Source: an uncultured bacterium
GTDB taxonomy: Bacteria; Patescibacteriota; Saccharimonadia; UBA4664
Assembly (NCBI GenBank): GCA_963720265.1
Contig: CAVRET010000002.1
Location: 814,069 to 878,068, forward strand
Length of the DNA stretch: 64,000 bases
Reading direction: 5' to 3'
Shown: positions 16,131 to 26,182 of the stretch, piece by piece
Layout of the letters: each line of letters begins with the position of its first letter
How positions within the stretch are numbered: position 1 is the stretch's first letter
Made by a program: the position numbers and the translations under genes
Notes under the pieces: model-generated
Told to the model about the DNA's origin: nothing
Seen by the model: only the letters and a program-made list of their open reading frames with translations
Databases searched by the model: none

Positions 16131-17168
16131 TTAGCCGGGGATCGCAGCCCGGTCGGGCTGCAGCTGCATGAGCTGGGCCAGCTGAACTCCCTCCGTGAAA
16201 GTAAATACCGCGCTGTTGAGCAGCCGTTCGTATGCGCCGGGGAAGCGCAGCTGGAGAGTGAGACTGTCCGCCAGATGCGCGGTAGCTAGCTTGATGAGCA
16301 GGTGCCCCGCCTCGATCTCGTTGCCCGCGTTGTCATCCAGGGCCTTGAGTGCAGTCGCAACGAAAACGGCTGCATCTTCCAGGTCCAGTGTTGAAAGCGT
16401 ACCCACGAAGTGCCCGAGCGGCGGGTTAATGAACGCGCGGGCCACGATCTCATTCCAATCGTCCGGATAGCTGAGCTCAGGACAGCTCCACGGACGGCGG
16501 TGACTGACGTGAGTCGCAGTGTACATTCCCACGATTTTCTTGCGGAGCGTCTCGCGCGCTCCGCGATCCAGCGCCGCTGGATATCTCAACTGCTCCACCA
16601 GGCCGTTGAACAGCTTAAGCCAGAGTGCGGCCACCCGTTCTTCTGCCCCGCCGAGATCGTAGTCCGAATCGCCGATGAGCGTCTCTTGCGCCGTTGTGGT
16701 CAGACAAGCCAGCATGTCCGAAAGCTGAGCTTCAGCTTCGATGATGGCTTCGAGATCCGGTGTGTCCGCGGCCATAAGCTGGCGCCGATGCTCGAGCGCC
16801 GCCGCCGCCCTTTCGGTGTACCGCTCGATCTCTTTCTCACTCCTGACCTCAAGCACGATCTGGTCGAAGTCAGCCGTAAGGCCGAGCGCAATAATACGCG
16901 CCACGAGCTCACTGGCCCAAGCTTCCTTCGAGCGGCTATTGCCGGCCTCTTCGGAGGCGGTGTAGATCCGGTCCCGGGCGTCGTCGTCGCCTTGCCCAGC
17001 CCGCGTCACTAGGTCGCACACCGCCCGGTTTGCCTGGACGCGCTCTTTCGCCCTCCTGTCCGCTGCTTGCTGACGTGCTCTTCGTGACCTGCGTACACAC
17101 ATGACATATATGAGTACGATCACGAGGGCCAGACCGCCGAAGAGGGCCAGCCAGTCCCATCCGTTCAT
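16131..17168 (-). CDS. membrane-anchored hypothetical protein
   Basis: N-terminal TM helix (WLALFGGLALVIVLIYVMCV) followed by an R/K-rich stop-transfer sequence and a 300-aa alpha-helical domain. Confidence 0.5.
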   Translation of the reverse strand: MNGWDWLALFGGLALVIVLIYVMCVRRSRRARQQAADRRAKERVQANRAVCDLVTRAGQGDDDARDRIYTASEEAGNSRSKEAWASELVARIIALGLTADFDQIVLEVRSEKEIERYTERAAAALEHRRQLMAADTPDLEAIIEAEAQLSDMLACLTTTAQETLIGDSDYDLGGAEERVAALWLKLFNGLVEQLRYPAALDRGARETLRKKIVGMYTATHVSHRRPWSCPELSYPDDWNEIVARAFINPPLGHFVGTLSTLDLEDAAVFVATALKALDDNAGNEIEAGHLLIKLATAHLADSLTLQLRFPGAYERLLNSAVFTFTEGVQLAQLMQLQPDRAAIPG

Positions 17169-17333
17169 ATGCTTACTCCTAGCCTGTACTCGGGGATGGA
17201 GATCACTACTTTACAATATGTACTGCAAGACGGCAACTGAGACCACGCCTACCCCGCCAAATATAGACAAAGAGTCAAAATAGTATATAGTAATAATACG
17301 TTTTCGCCGGACCCATTGTGAGAGGAGTATCAC

Positions 17334-17831
17334 GTGGATCTCATTGCACGTTCCGACGTAAATGAGCTATCCGCCCTTGTGGTGGATGCACTCGGACCTG
17401 TGTCCGAGGGCATGGCCGCTGTCTGGGCAGGAAACCTCAGGGCTGCCGCCAAGCGTGTCTGCCCGGATCAGCCCATGCCCGGATTCACACACTACACGGC
17501 CTGCGGCGCCCAGTGGTTCGGGTGCAGACTAGACGTCCCCGGAACCTACTGCGGCGATACCGGGGTCGGTTTCAAGAACGGCCACTGCCTGATTCGCGTC
17601 AGCACGGCCTACGCCGGGCCCTCCCGGCAGCGCTGGAACGGGTTCATGGGCCTGCTTAGCGGCAAGATCGGAGCGGGACGGCCCGACTGGTACTTCGGCT
17701 ACGACAAAACCGGCTACCTAGTCATCTCTCAGGGCGGTCATGTTCGTAATAGATATGGGGAAGTCGGCGGCTACCCGGCTATAACAGCCGCCATCGCAGA
17801 CCTGTTCGCAAACACCCTGCCCCACTTCTAA
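17334..17831 (+). CDS. hypothetical protein
   Basis: GTG start with GAGAGGAG at a 6-nt spacing. Cys/Gly/Trp-rich 165-aa product. Confidence 0.45.
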   Translation: MDLIARSDVNELSALVVDALGPVSEGMAAVWAGNLRAAAKRVCPDQPMPGFTHYTACGAQWFGCRLDVPGTYCGDTGVGFKNGHCLIRVSTAYAGPSRQRWNGFMGLLSGKIGAGRPDWYFGYDKTGYLVISQGGHVRNRYGEVGGYPAITAAIADLFANTLPHF

Positions 17832-18144
17832 GAGTCGGTCGACCGCCCCAACTCACTCCATCCATATCCCCAAAACCGTCCACCGTGGGCAGCCAGCTCA
17901 CGGTGGGGCGACCCGAGCGTTCAATACCCATTGAACCTTCAGGTAGCCGCGCATTATCAATTTCGGCCCAGGGTCGACCTCCTGTCCTGGCCTTACGATA
18001 GAAAAGACAACCGCTATGCCCCTGCCGCCGGCCGCGATGCGTCTGTCGCGAGCCTGCTTTGACATCGCCCCGGCGGTCGTATATACCGAGCGTATGCCGT
18101 CGGGCCATATCCCATGGCTCTTGAAAACCGATTCTGGAGGCACC

Positions 18145-19296
18145 GTGACAGATTCATCCGCCGTTTTGCCCGCAACCAACCCCGTCCTCGATCCGCCCGC
18201 CTGGGTTAGGGTCGGGCTTAGTGGCCCTCCGCTGCCCATCGGGGAGAAAGACATCGAGGCTTGGAGCCGTCTCGTCCATGACGGCAATCTGACACTCGAA
18301 GGTGTGGTCTCTCTCGCCATGGGGCGCGTCGCCCCCGGCCGCGGCGGTGCAGAGCCGTTCGCTCCGTCTCCGACGCTCCAGCTCATGGCATTCCTGGCGC
18401 TTCTCGCCTGCGAGACTATCGGCGTAGTACCTGTTCCTATCGGAGAGTTCGCCTGGAAGGACCGTTACCAGGCGCTCGAGGCACCGGGCATGCTCGCAAA
18501 CGTTGGCCCGGAGCTGCGTATCGAGCTCGTCCAGATCCTCACCGCCGCACTCCCAGAGGCCAGGTTGTATATGTCCGTTGGTGATGCGGACATGGACCTC
18601 GAAGTGGGTGCAGCCATCTTCTGCTATCAGCGGCTGCTGGTCAGGCTCTTCCTGACTCTATTGGGCTTCGGTCCGCAGCAGTTCGATCAGGAGAACGAGG
18701 CGTCGCTGACGAGCTTGTTTGGCTGGATGTTCGGCGTCCAGCGCACCTCCGCCTACTGGCTTGGACTCGCTCACGGCTCACTCGCTCAGCAGCTGACAAC
18801 TGCTGCTGGCATGAAGGCCGGTCTCGGCTCAGGCGGCAATTGGTATGCAGCGCAGGTAGCGGCCGCGCTGAACCGTCGCCCCGACGACTACGACCCTGCA
18901 CTGCTGGCAGTTCAGATCCGCTTCCTGCGCGACCATCTCACCGATTTCGGCATTAGGGCGCTTGGCGTAGCTGTCCGCCGCCTGCAGTCGGTTACCACCG
19001 GCCCGAACGAAGCCATCGAGCTGCTTGTCAGGGGTGTAGCAACGGGATCACCGATTACCACTCGCCAGCGTCTGAAAGTTACGTCCCAAGCTGAACTTTC
19101 TGTGCTGCGGCTCGTCCGGGATGTGATTGCAGCCGACGACTCGCCCGGAATGGGCGGAGTGCTCTCAACGCTCGATGACATCATCGAGGAGGGCGTAGAA
19201 TACATCGCGCATGAAGCCGAAGTCGCTGAGGCAGCGGACCAGGCCAGTCGCACCGCCTGGGTCCAGGCGTCCAGCATCGGCAGCAACATCGCTTAG
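18145..19296 (+). CDS. hypothetical protein
   Basis: GTG at 18145 with a GGAGG RBS at a 5-nt spacing. A 383-aa protein-like ORF. The longer 18016 start lacks an RBS. Confidence 0.45.
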   Translation: MTDSSAVLPATNPVLDPPAWVRVGLSGPPLPIGEKDIEAWSRLVHDGNLTLEGVVSLAMGRVAPGRGGAEPFAPSPTLQLMAFLALLACETIGVVPVPIGEFAWKDRYQALEAPGMLANVGPELRIELVQILTAALPEARLYMSVGDADMDLEVGAAIFCYQRLLVRLFLTLLGFGPQQFDQENEASLTSLFGWMFGVQRTSAYWLGLAHGSLAQQLTTAAGMKAGLGSGGNWYAAQVAAALNRRPDDYDPALLAVQIRFLRDHLTDFGIRALGVAVRRLQSVTTGPNEAIELLVRGVATGSPITTRQRLKVTSQAELSVLRLVRDVIAADDSPGMGGVLSTLDDIIEEGVEYIAHEAEVAEAADQASRTAWVQASSIGSNIA

Positions 19297-19504
19297 ACGC
19301 CGCTTGCTGCGGCATCCTATCCGGCTCCCAACAGCCATTCGTATTACCTACCGAAGCTGTTGGGAGCTTCGAAAGAACTTATCAAAAAAGCCAAAGCCAA
19401 GCCCGTAGAAGACGTTAGCGACTCCCAGGCCTCTTAAAAAAATTAACTCAGATTACGAATACCGGCCCGGGCGCATCGCGCACCCGGGCCGGTCATCTCG
19501 CACG

Positions 19505-20215
19505 TCAGTTCGGGGACCACCCAGAGCCGGGACCTCCTTCAGGCTCCTCATAGGTCAGTACCACCAGGCCCTTACTGTGCGCTGCCTCTTGGGCAGTGGG
19601 CGTAAAGACCTCCATCGCCTGGTCGAGCTGGATAGTCACGGATGGCGCCGCCAGATCCACCGCGACGATTCGAAACATGGGGACCAGCTCATTACTCGCA
19701 AGCCCCCGCCTAACGACGATTCCATCAGCCTTGTCGATTTCGCGGGCAACTTGGGCCAGGGTCTTTTGGCGCATCCAGTTCATCGGAATGATGAGTGACT
19801 CGACCAGCGGGTCAATCACCTCCACCAGGGAGTCTTGAAGACCAGGAATGCCGCTCAAAACATGGACCCGTTCGAGCGCGGTCATGTTTTGGCTGCCGCG
19901 AGTCTTGAGATGAACCGGCGCGCCGGCGTAAACCGTAACAAACGGCTCGCCCGACGCCATGAATGGCTGACGTATCCCGGACGGCTCGATAAACACTGCC
20001 GAGTTGTCCTCTCGCGCGGTTATACCGCGCTCCAGGATGTACCGCCACAGTCGTTCATCGTCGCCACGCTCATCCGGTAGCCGCACCCATACCCGGTGTT
20101 GGAGCTTCGCACGTTTGCGAATTATGACCAGGCAGGCCTCGAGGTACCGGGGATCCGCCGGATCAGTCCTAGGATCCATGACCAACCTCAAAGCTTCCAT
20201 CAGTGACAGCGCCAC
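19505..20215 (-). CDS. hypothetical protein
   Basis: Protein-like 237-aa ORF. Start assigned to the GTG at 20215 preceded by AAGGGGG. Upstream ATGs lack an RBS, so the start is uncertain. Confidence 0.4.
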   Translation of the reverse strand: MALSLMEALRLVMDPRTDPADPRYLEACLVIIRKRAKLQHRVWVRLPDERGDDERLWRYILERGITAREDNSAVFIEPSGIRQPFMASGEPFVTVYAGAPVHLKTRGSQNMTALERVHVLSGIPGLQDSLVEVIDPLVESLIIPMNWMRQKTLAQVAREIDKADGIVVRRGLASNELVPMFRIVAVDLAAPSVTIQLDQAMEVFTPTAQEAAHSKGLVVLTYEEPEGGPGSGWSPN

Positions 20216-20471
20216 AGCGCCCCCTTGTTGTGTTGTGAAGGCACAGATGCCAGAAACGGTGTCCCATATCATACACTGTTTTATGATCACGCCAGTAAGT
20301 AATCGTAATACCCAGATACGTTTTCTATACTAATCATGGTATTATTTTGACCTCGACGTTATCGAGGTCGCTCCTGAACAAGGTGCTAAGAGTTTACGTT
20401 GTGTTTTGGCTACCGTGATTTACCCAAATCTGCAAAAGCTCCAATCCGAAACAACCACGTAGGAGGTCGCA

Positions 20472-20867
20472 GTGGCGTCCCCAAACGATTCGAAACCCGA
20501 CCCCAGGCTGGTCCGAAGCATGGAGACATGGCCCAGAAAAATCAGGCGAAAAGTGGCGATGATCGTGCTCGGACGTCGTTTTCGCGCCCAGCAAAGGGCT
20601 AGCGCGTCACCACTACTGCTGCCGCACTTCTGGTGGGTACGAATATTCCTGCCGGTTGCGTATCTAGTGATCCCGGCCGCCATCGGCGGAGTCATTGGGG
20701 CGATCCACCTCGGTATCCCTATAAGGGAGCTATTCTCGTTCAACTCGAAAGCCAACAATGCCCTAGCCCCATGGACAATCGGGTCCGGCCTGATCGGCCT
20801 AACGTGCTGCATGATGGTGGAAGGTTTCGTCTTCCGGCGCCGGAGGCACAGCGACACCCCTGAGTGA
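20472..20867 (+). CDS. small membrane protein, hypothetical
   Basis: GTG start with AGGAGG at a 5-nt spacing. Two predicted TM helices. Confidence 0.45.
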   Translation: MASPNDSKPDPRLVRSMETWPRKIRRKVAMIVLGRRFRAQQRASASPLLLPHFWWVRIFLPVAYLVIPAAIGGVIGAIHLGIPIRELFSFNSKANNALAPWTIGSGLIGLTCCMMVEGFVFRRRRHSDTPE

Positions 20868-21249
20868 GTGCCGGATGCCACAACACCCGATGAACGAGAT
20901 TCGGCCCAGGTCCGAGTCATGCTCGCAGCCGCTGACCCCAAGGACGACAGACGCCGCCGCCTCAGGGTCGGCGGCGTCTGTCGTTTAGCCGCACCATAAG
21001 TGTCCAAATAAACGGCAATGCATCGGGCAAATCAGTTGGAGCCACTCCGCCACAAGTGGCTGGAGCCACCTTGACGGTACAAGCATGAATGGTGTCTCTA
21101 CCTAAGCCAGCAACGAATCGAATCAGTTATTATTGATGATAACAGCATTTATGTAATAATAATCGCGTCTCACTCCAGCCCTTAGCGTGGCCCTACCCAC
21201 GCTTGTGAGATAACGAGGCATGGCACTTCGACTAGGAAAGGTGGAATGC

Positions 21250-21993
21250 GTGCCCAATATCCTTGGCCGCAGGCGCACCCCAGCAGCGTGCGCACTAGCA
21301 GTCGCCAGTATGGTCGCACTCGCCGCCTGTAGCAGCGCGTCAAGTTCGGCCGCCCAGTCCGCAAGCCCGTCCGCGCGGCCGAGTGCGACAGCCGTTCCGC
21401 GCTTGACCAACGCCCAGGCCAATGACGCTGTCAAGGTGGTCACAAATATGTGCACCACCAAGGCCCCCTGGACAACGCAAATTGTTGCAGCCGGGCCTCA
21501 GCAGTCCGCCGGAGCGCAGATCGACGAGGCGACCGGCTACGCCCTGGGCTGCCGCTTCATCTTCTTCTCGGACTCGGACACCATCGGCTACACGGTCACG
21601 TACCTGTCTCAGCGCGTGGGTGTAAGCACTGCGCCGGGCCAGCCAGTGATGGAGATGGCACCGGCCGTTGCCATCCTGCTCCACACGGCAGCATCAGCCT
21701 CAATTTCGGTCAGCGACCAGTGGTTGGCGCCAGGCGTTGCGCTTCGGTACGAGGGCGAACAGTACGGTCGAGCCGTGTTCGAAGCCGTCCTGCTGGACAC
21801 CGCCCAGAACCTGGGCTACCAGGTACGCCAGTTCACCGTTCCCGGGTATCAGGGAACCATACTCGCAGTCGTGTTCCAGGCGGCGGCAACCACCCAGCCG
21901 ACCGCCGGCACTCAAGACACATGGAGGGCCGTGGCATCCGCCACGGCCCTCGGGCCCTTCCTTATGGAACTTTTCAGCTGCCCAAAGTCCTGA
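21250..21993 (+). CDS. secreted lipoprotein, hypothetical
   Basis: Signal peptide with an RRR n-region and lipobox LAAC (ALAVASMVALAACSS). GTG start at 21250 after AGGAAAGGTGG. An alternative ATG lies at 21220. Confidence 0.5.
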   Translation: MPNILGRRRTPAACALAVASMVALAACSSASSSAAQSASPSARPSATAVPRLTNAQANDAVKVVTNMCTTKAPWTTQIVAAGPQQSAGAQIDEATGYALGCRFIFFSDSDTIGYTVTYLSQRVGVSTAPGQPVMEMAPAVAILLHTAASASISVSDQWLAPGVALRYEGEQYGRAVFEAVLLDTAQNLGYQVRQFTVPGYQGTILAVVFQAAATTQPTAGTQDTWRAVASATALGPFLMELFSCPKS

Positions 21994-22062
21994 TTACATA
22001 ACAAAGACGGGCCAGAATACATGATCTCGCTACTATGAGAAAATCGGCTCCCAGGCGCCGGC

Positions 22063-22494
22063 ATGGAGTATTATCAGATCATGAAAGTATTATTTATCGC
22101 CGGCTTTGGACCAATCATCACTGACATAGACAAAAGCCGGGACCTATACGTTAAGACACTCGAGCTACCGCTCAAGGAAGAAGACAACCACTACTTCCAC
22201 ACGGGAGAGTTAGGTGGTGCGAAACACTTTGCATTGTGGCCTCTCTCACAAGCAGCCGAATCATGTTTTGGGACGGATAAATGGCCTGAAGATATCCCGG
22301 CCCCGACATCATGGGTAGAGTTTGATGTTGCAGATATTGACGCTGCAACAAAGGAGCTGGAAGCCGCAGGTTACAAACTCCTCGTTGCTTCGCGTAAAGA
22401 ACCTTGGGAGCAGATTGTCACACGGTTTTTAAGTCCGGAAGGTATATTGACCGGCTTAACCTACACGCCGTGGATGAGGGAGGAAAAGAAATGA
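22063..22494 (+). CDS. VOC (glyoxalase/bleomycin-resistance) family protein
   Basis: About 140 aa with a paired beta-alpha-beta-beta-beta VOC-fold pattern (KVLFIAGFGPIITDIDKSRDLYVKTLEL...). An alternative start lies at 22081. Confidence 0.6.
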   Translation: MEYYQIMKVLFIAGFGPIITDIDKSRDLYVKTLELPLKEEDNHYFHTGELGGAKHFALWPLSQAAESCFGTDKWPEDIPAPTSWVEFDVADIDAATKELEAAGYKLLVASRKEPWEQIVTRFLSPEGILTGLTYTPWMREEKK

Positions 22495-23210
22495 GCCAGC
22501 GACCATATACCACGCTCTTTCTTCTTCAATCACTTGACGGTAAGATATCCACCGGCGACGTTGACGAACGGGATATTGATGCCGACTTCCCCAAGTTACC
22601 AGGTATCAAAGAAGGCTTACACCATTATTACGAAATAGAAGGCGAAACCGATCCATTCTCACTTGTGACCGGCCGGTCAATGGCCAAGATCGGCGCAAAT
22701 ACCAAATCCTTCGATAATATAGACCCAATCCCCATAACCTCCATTGTCATAGACAATAAGCCTCACTTAACTGCGCATGGCGTCCAATTTCTGGCACATA
22801 AATTCGAAGATCTCATCGTCGTAACGACCGACAATGCTCATCCTGCTCACGATTTGAGCAACAAACGCTCCAATGTCGTCGTGCTGCAATACGACAACGC
22901 TATAGATTTTATTGACCTGTTCGCAAAGCTTAAGACTGAGTATGAAGCCAAGCGAGTGACCATCCAATCGGGTGGTGAGTTGAATGCTATCCTTCTTCGT
23001 GCGGGCCTCATTGATGAAATATTGCTCGTTATTGCGCCTTGTCTCATTGGCGGACGTAGCACGTCGACATTGGTAGACGGAGAATCGCTACGAACCGTAG
23101 AAGATCTCGCAAAGATCAGATCACTGAAGCTTAAAGCCTGTAAGCCACTGGATGATTCGTATCTGCGTGTGGAGTATGAAGTATTGAATGAAGAACGAAG
23201 TAACGTATGA
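22491..23210 (+). CDS. dihydrofolate reductase family protein (RibD C-terminal-like)
   Basis: MSQRPYTTLFLLQSLDGKIS...IQSGGELNAILLRAGLIDEILLVIAPCLIGG matches the RibD_C/DHFR-like family. ATG at 22491 with a GAGGGAGG RBS, overlapping the upstream stop by 4 nt (ATGA). Confidence 0.7.
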   Translation: MSQRPYTTLFLLQSLDGKISTGDVDERDIDADFPKLPGIKEGLHHYYEIEGETDPFSLVTGRSMAKIGANTKSFDNIDPIPITSIVIDNKPHLTAHGVQFLAHKFEDLIVVTTDNAHPAHDLSNKRSNVVVLQYDNAIDFIDLFAKLKTEYEAKRVTIQSGGELNAILLRAGLIDEILLVIAPCLIGGRSTSTLVDGESLRTVEDLAKIRSLKLKACKPLDDSYLRVEYEVLNEERSNV

Positions 23211-24580
23211 GGACCATCTCAACCAACCCTTCCCGAAATTACGAAACCATCGGCGAAGTTGAGACCTCCACCGAGCAAGAAATCAAAGACGCCGTCACGA
23301 GAGCACGGGCAGCTCAACCTGCCTGGGCGGCGCTCGCACAAGCCGAACGCAATGCCGCCATCGAATCCTTCGTCGAAGCCTGCAGCCAACACGCCGAAGA
23401 ACTTGCCCGCCTGATGAGCCAAGAAATGGGCAAGCCCATCACTCAGGCCCGCGCACAGATTGACGAGAGTGCCGCTCATTTCCACGCCCACATAGACATC
23501 GTCGAAAAAGCCCTCACCCCGGAAATAGTTTTTGAAAACAACACCGAGCGCCACCACCTCACTCGCGAACCACTCGGCGTGGTCGCTTGCATCGGTCCAT
23601 GGAACTTTCCTTTACTCAATATCCCGTGGCAAGCCGGTCAGGCACTGCTCGCCGGCAATACCGTAGTATTCAAGCAATCTGAAGAGATTATCCTGTTTTC
23701 GGCACTAGTAGCTAAGATTTCGGCTAAATCAAAACTGCCTGAAGGCGTATTTACCATGGTCTTCGGCGACGGCTCGGTTGGCGAAATACTCGTTGCTCAG
23801 CCGGTTGATGCCATTGCTTTCACCGGCAGCACCCACACCGGTCAACGCATCACTGAACTGGCCGCCAAACGCTCTACTAAAGTGCTGACCGAAATGGGCG
23901 GCTCAGCTCCGGGCATCGTGTTTGAAGATGCCGACGTACCAGCCATTATCGATACGCTCTACGCAGTGCGTTTTGACAACACTGGACAGTTTTGCGACGG
24001 CCTAAAACGCCTCATTGTTCACGAAAGCAAACTCGATGAAGTCCTCGCCGAGCTTAAAAAAGTTAACGACAAGCACAAGGTGGGCGACGCACTGGATGAA
24101 ACAACCAATCTCGGACCACTAGTGGCTGAGCGTCAGCTCAACTTGCTTCAAGCGCAAATGCAAGACGCTATCGACAAAGGCGCGCAGATAGTCTTTGGCG
24201 GGAAGCAGCCCGATGGCCTTACGGGCGCCTACTATGAGCCAACCGTCCTCACGAATATCACTTTTGATATGCGTGTTTGGCGGGAAGAAATCTTTGGGCC
24301 GGTACTGCCGGTGGTTACTTTTAAGACCGAAGAAGAATCCATACGGCTCGCCAACGACACGATATATGGCCTCGGGGCTTATGTTTACACCACTGACAAA
24401 GAGCGTTATTTCCGCGTAGCGCGGCAGCTACAAAGCGGCATAGTCGCACATAACAATGCACTATATTTCAGTCCCGTGACACCATTTGGAGGCTATAAAG
24501 CTTCAGGCAATAGTCGTTCACTCGGTATCGAGGGATTCCATGAAATGACTCAAATTAAGATTGTGAGTGAGGAGAAATAG
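23207..24580 (+). CDS. NAD(P)-dependent aldehyde dehydrogenase
   Basis: GPWNFPL, the catalytic Glu context EMGGSAP, and the catalytic Cys context GQFCDGLKR. 457 aa. ATGA overlap with the upstream gene. Confidence 0.9.
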   Translation: MRTISTNPSRNYETIGEVETSTEQEIKDAVTRARAAQPAWAALAQAERNAAIESFVEACSQHAEELARLMSQEMGKPITQARAQIDESAAHFHAHIDIVEKALTPEIVFENNTERHHLTREPLGVVACIGPWNFPLLNIPWQAGQALLAGNTVVFKQSEEIILFSALVAKISAKSKLPEGVFTMVFGDGSVGEILVAQPVDAIAFTGSTHTGQRITELAAKRSTKVLTEMGGSAPGIVFEDADVPAIIDTLYAVRFDNTGQFCDGLKRLIVHESKLDEVLAELKKVNDKHKVGDALDETTNLGPLVAERQLNLLQAQMQDAIDKGAQIVFGGKQPDGLTGAYYEPTVLTNITFDMRVWREEIFGPVLPVVTFKTEEESIRLANDTIYGLGAYVYTTDKERYFRVARQLQSGIVAHNNALYFSPVTPFGGYKASGNSRSLGIEGFHEMTQIKIVSEEK

Positions 24581-24582
24581 CC

Positions 24583-24957
24583 ATGAAACAATCAGCATCA
24601 ACCACTGAAGCGCCGGATGCGCCATTCCTGGCACAAGCAATCACAAATGGTGACACCATCTATCTATCCGGACAGATTCATGGCCTGCCCGACAATACAC
24701 TCGTCGGCGACACCACCGAAGAAAAGGTAGCCCAAATAATGAAAAATATTGAGGCTATCTTAAAAGCTGCCGGCGCCGGCTTGAACGATATCGTAAAGGT
24801 CGTCATCTACGTCACCGACATGTCGATCATGCCCGAACTGAACAAAGTCTATTCAACCTACTTCAGCGAACCGTTCCCGGTCCGTGAGGCCGTCTGCGTC
24901 GCAGCCCTGCCGCTCGGTGCCAGCATCGAAATGAGCGTGGTGGCGGTAAAAGGCTAA
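24583..24957 (+). CDS. RidA (YjgF/TdcF) family protein
   Basis: 124 aa with YLSGQI...VKVVIYVTDMS...PVREAVCVAALPLGASIEMSVVA, the typical Rid-family C-terminus. Confidence 0.8.
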   Translation: MKQSASTTEAPDAPFLAQAITNGDTIYLSGQIHGLPDNTLVGDTTEEKVAQIMKNIEAILKAAGAGLNDIVKVVIYVTDMSIMPELNKVYSTYFSEPFPVREAVCVAALPLGASIEMSVVAVKG

Positions 24958-24960
24958 AAT

Positions 24961-25284
24961 ATGCAGTTCGTAGTCATTGGCCTTGATGGGACGGATAGTG
25001 AGGCTCCTGCCCGCCGGCAGAAAGTGCGTCAAGACCATATCGCTATGGGCGAGAAGCTCTTGGCGTCCCGCAATCTCTGGTACGGCGCCGCGCTGCTTGG
25101 TGACGATGGCTCGATGAAAGGCACGATGTACGTTGTCAGCTTCCCATCCGAGAGAGAACTGCACGAATGGTTGGATAAAGAGCCGATCCCCGAATCCAGT
25201 AATGACTGTGAATACTGCAAGTTTATCAACGCCAGGATCAAAGCCGGCCAGGAAACCACCCATGAAACTGATCTGGTATCGTAA
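24961..25284 (+). CDS. YciI-like protein
   Basis: 107 aa. MQFVVIGLDGTDSEAPARRQKVRQDHIAMGEKLL has the size and N-terminal pattern of the YciI family. Confidence 0.5.
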   Translation: MQFVVIGLDGTDSEAPARRQKVRQDHIAMGEKLLASRNLWYGAALLGDDGSMKGTMYVVSFPSERELHEWLDKEPIPESSNDCEYCKFINARIKAGQETTHETDLVS

Positions 25285-25390
25285 GCCGTCCACCAGCACT
25301 CTGCTTGGTATGATAAAAGCCAAGTACTAAATATTTGCCTAACAACGGCTGTTTCCTTCATAATGACCTCAAGAATTAAGGTGGTCTCGC

Positions 25391-26131
25391 ATGGACCCAA
25401 TGACCCGACGCCCCCAGAGCTCTCACTCGAGAAAGGTATCGCGTCCGGCAGTTCATACCTCGTCCCAGGCAGATAGGGTATATTGTAGTAATTGCGGATC
25501 GCCTATGAGCAGGCAGGCACTCGTCTGTGCGCGATGCGGGTCGCCTTCCAATCGCCCAGTCCGTAATCGGCAACAGCTACGGCCTGTCGAAGAACCACAA
25601 CAAAGGCGTAGCCAAACCGAGCGGCCCGAATATGCTGACTTTGGCAGCCGGCTAGCGGCCTACCTGATTGACTTGCTGGCGGTCGGCATACCATATGTCA
25701 TTATCTACATCATCCTAATAGCTATTGCAGGCGCGATTTCCACGCACTTGTTAACTTCATCCCTCAGCTCACCCGGCTACTCCTCTGCTGTTGCAGGAGC
25801 GGCGCTCGGCCTTACGTTCTGGGTCATGCTCATACTTGATATCCTTTCCCCGATTGTCTTCGTTTTCTACTGGGCAATTATGGAAAGCTCGCCGTGGCAG
25901 GCAACACTTGGAAAGCGGGTGCTAGGTCTCGTGGTAACAGATATGTACGGCGACCGTCTGATTTTTGGTCAATCAATGAAGCGTGCATGGGGTAAGCTCT
26001 TGAGCATCATCATATTCTATGTCGGTTTCTTCCTTATGCTGGGCAGCCCGCACCGACAAACAATGCACGATTCGATGGCCAGTACAGTGGTTCTAAAAGG
26101 TCGACGGCCAGATGATTCTGTCAATAATTAG
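25391..26131 (+). CDS. RDD family membrane protein with N-terminal zinc-ribbon
   Basis: CSNCGSPMSRQALVCARCGSP zinc ribbon, then ADFGSRLAAYLIDLL, three TM helices and LGKRVLGLVVTD (the RDD motif pattern). Confidence 0.65.
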   Translation: MDPMTRRPQSSHSRKVSRPAVHTSSQADRVYCSNCGSPMSRQALVCARCGSPSNRPVRNRQQLRPVEEPQQRRSQTERPEYADFGSRLAAYLIDLLAVGIPYVIIYIILIAIAGAISTHLLTSSLSSPGYSSAVAGAALGLTFWVMLILDILSPIVFVFYWAIMESSPWQATLGKRVLGLVVTDMYGDRLIFGQSMKRAWGKLLSIIIFYVGFFLMLGSPHRQTMHDSMASTVVLKGRRPDDSVNN

Positions 26132-26182
26132 TGGTATGAACGGTTAAAGCACAATAGCTTTAGCGTATTTATCCGGACGACC

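Noticed and set aside
20420-21007. 195-aa minus-strand ORF
   Set aside because: Arg/Ser-rich, antisense to the RBS-supported small membrane protein gene 20472-20867, with no start-site signals.
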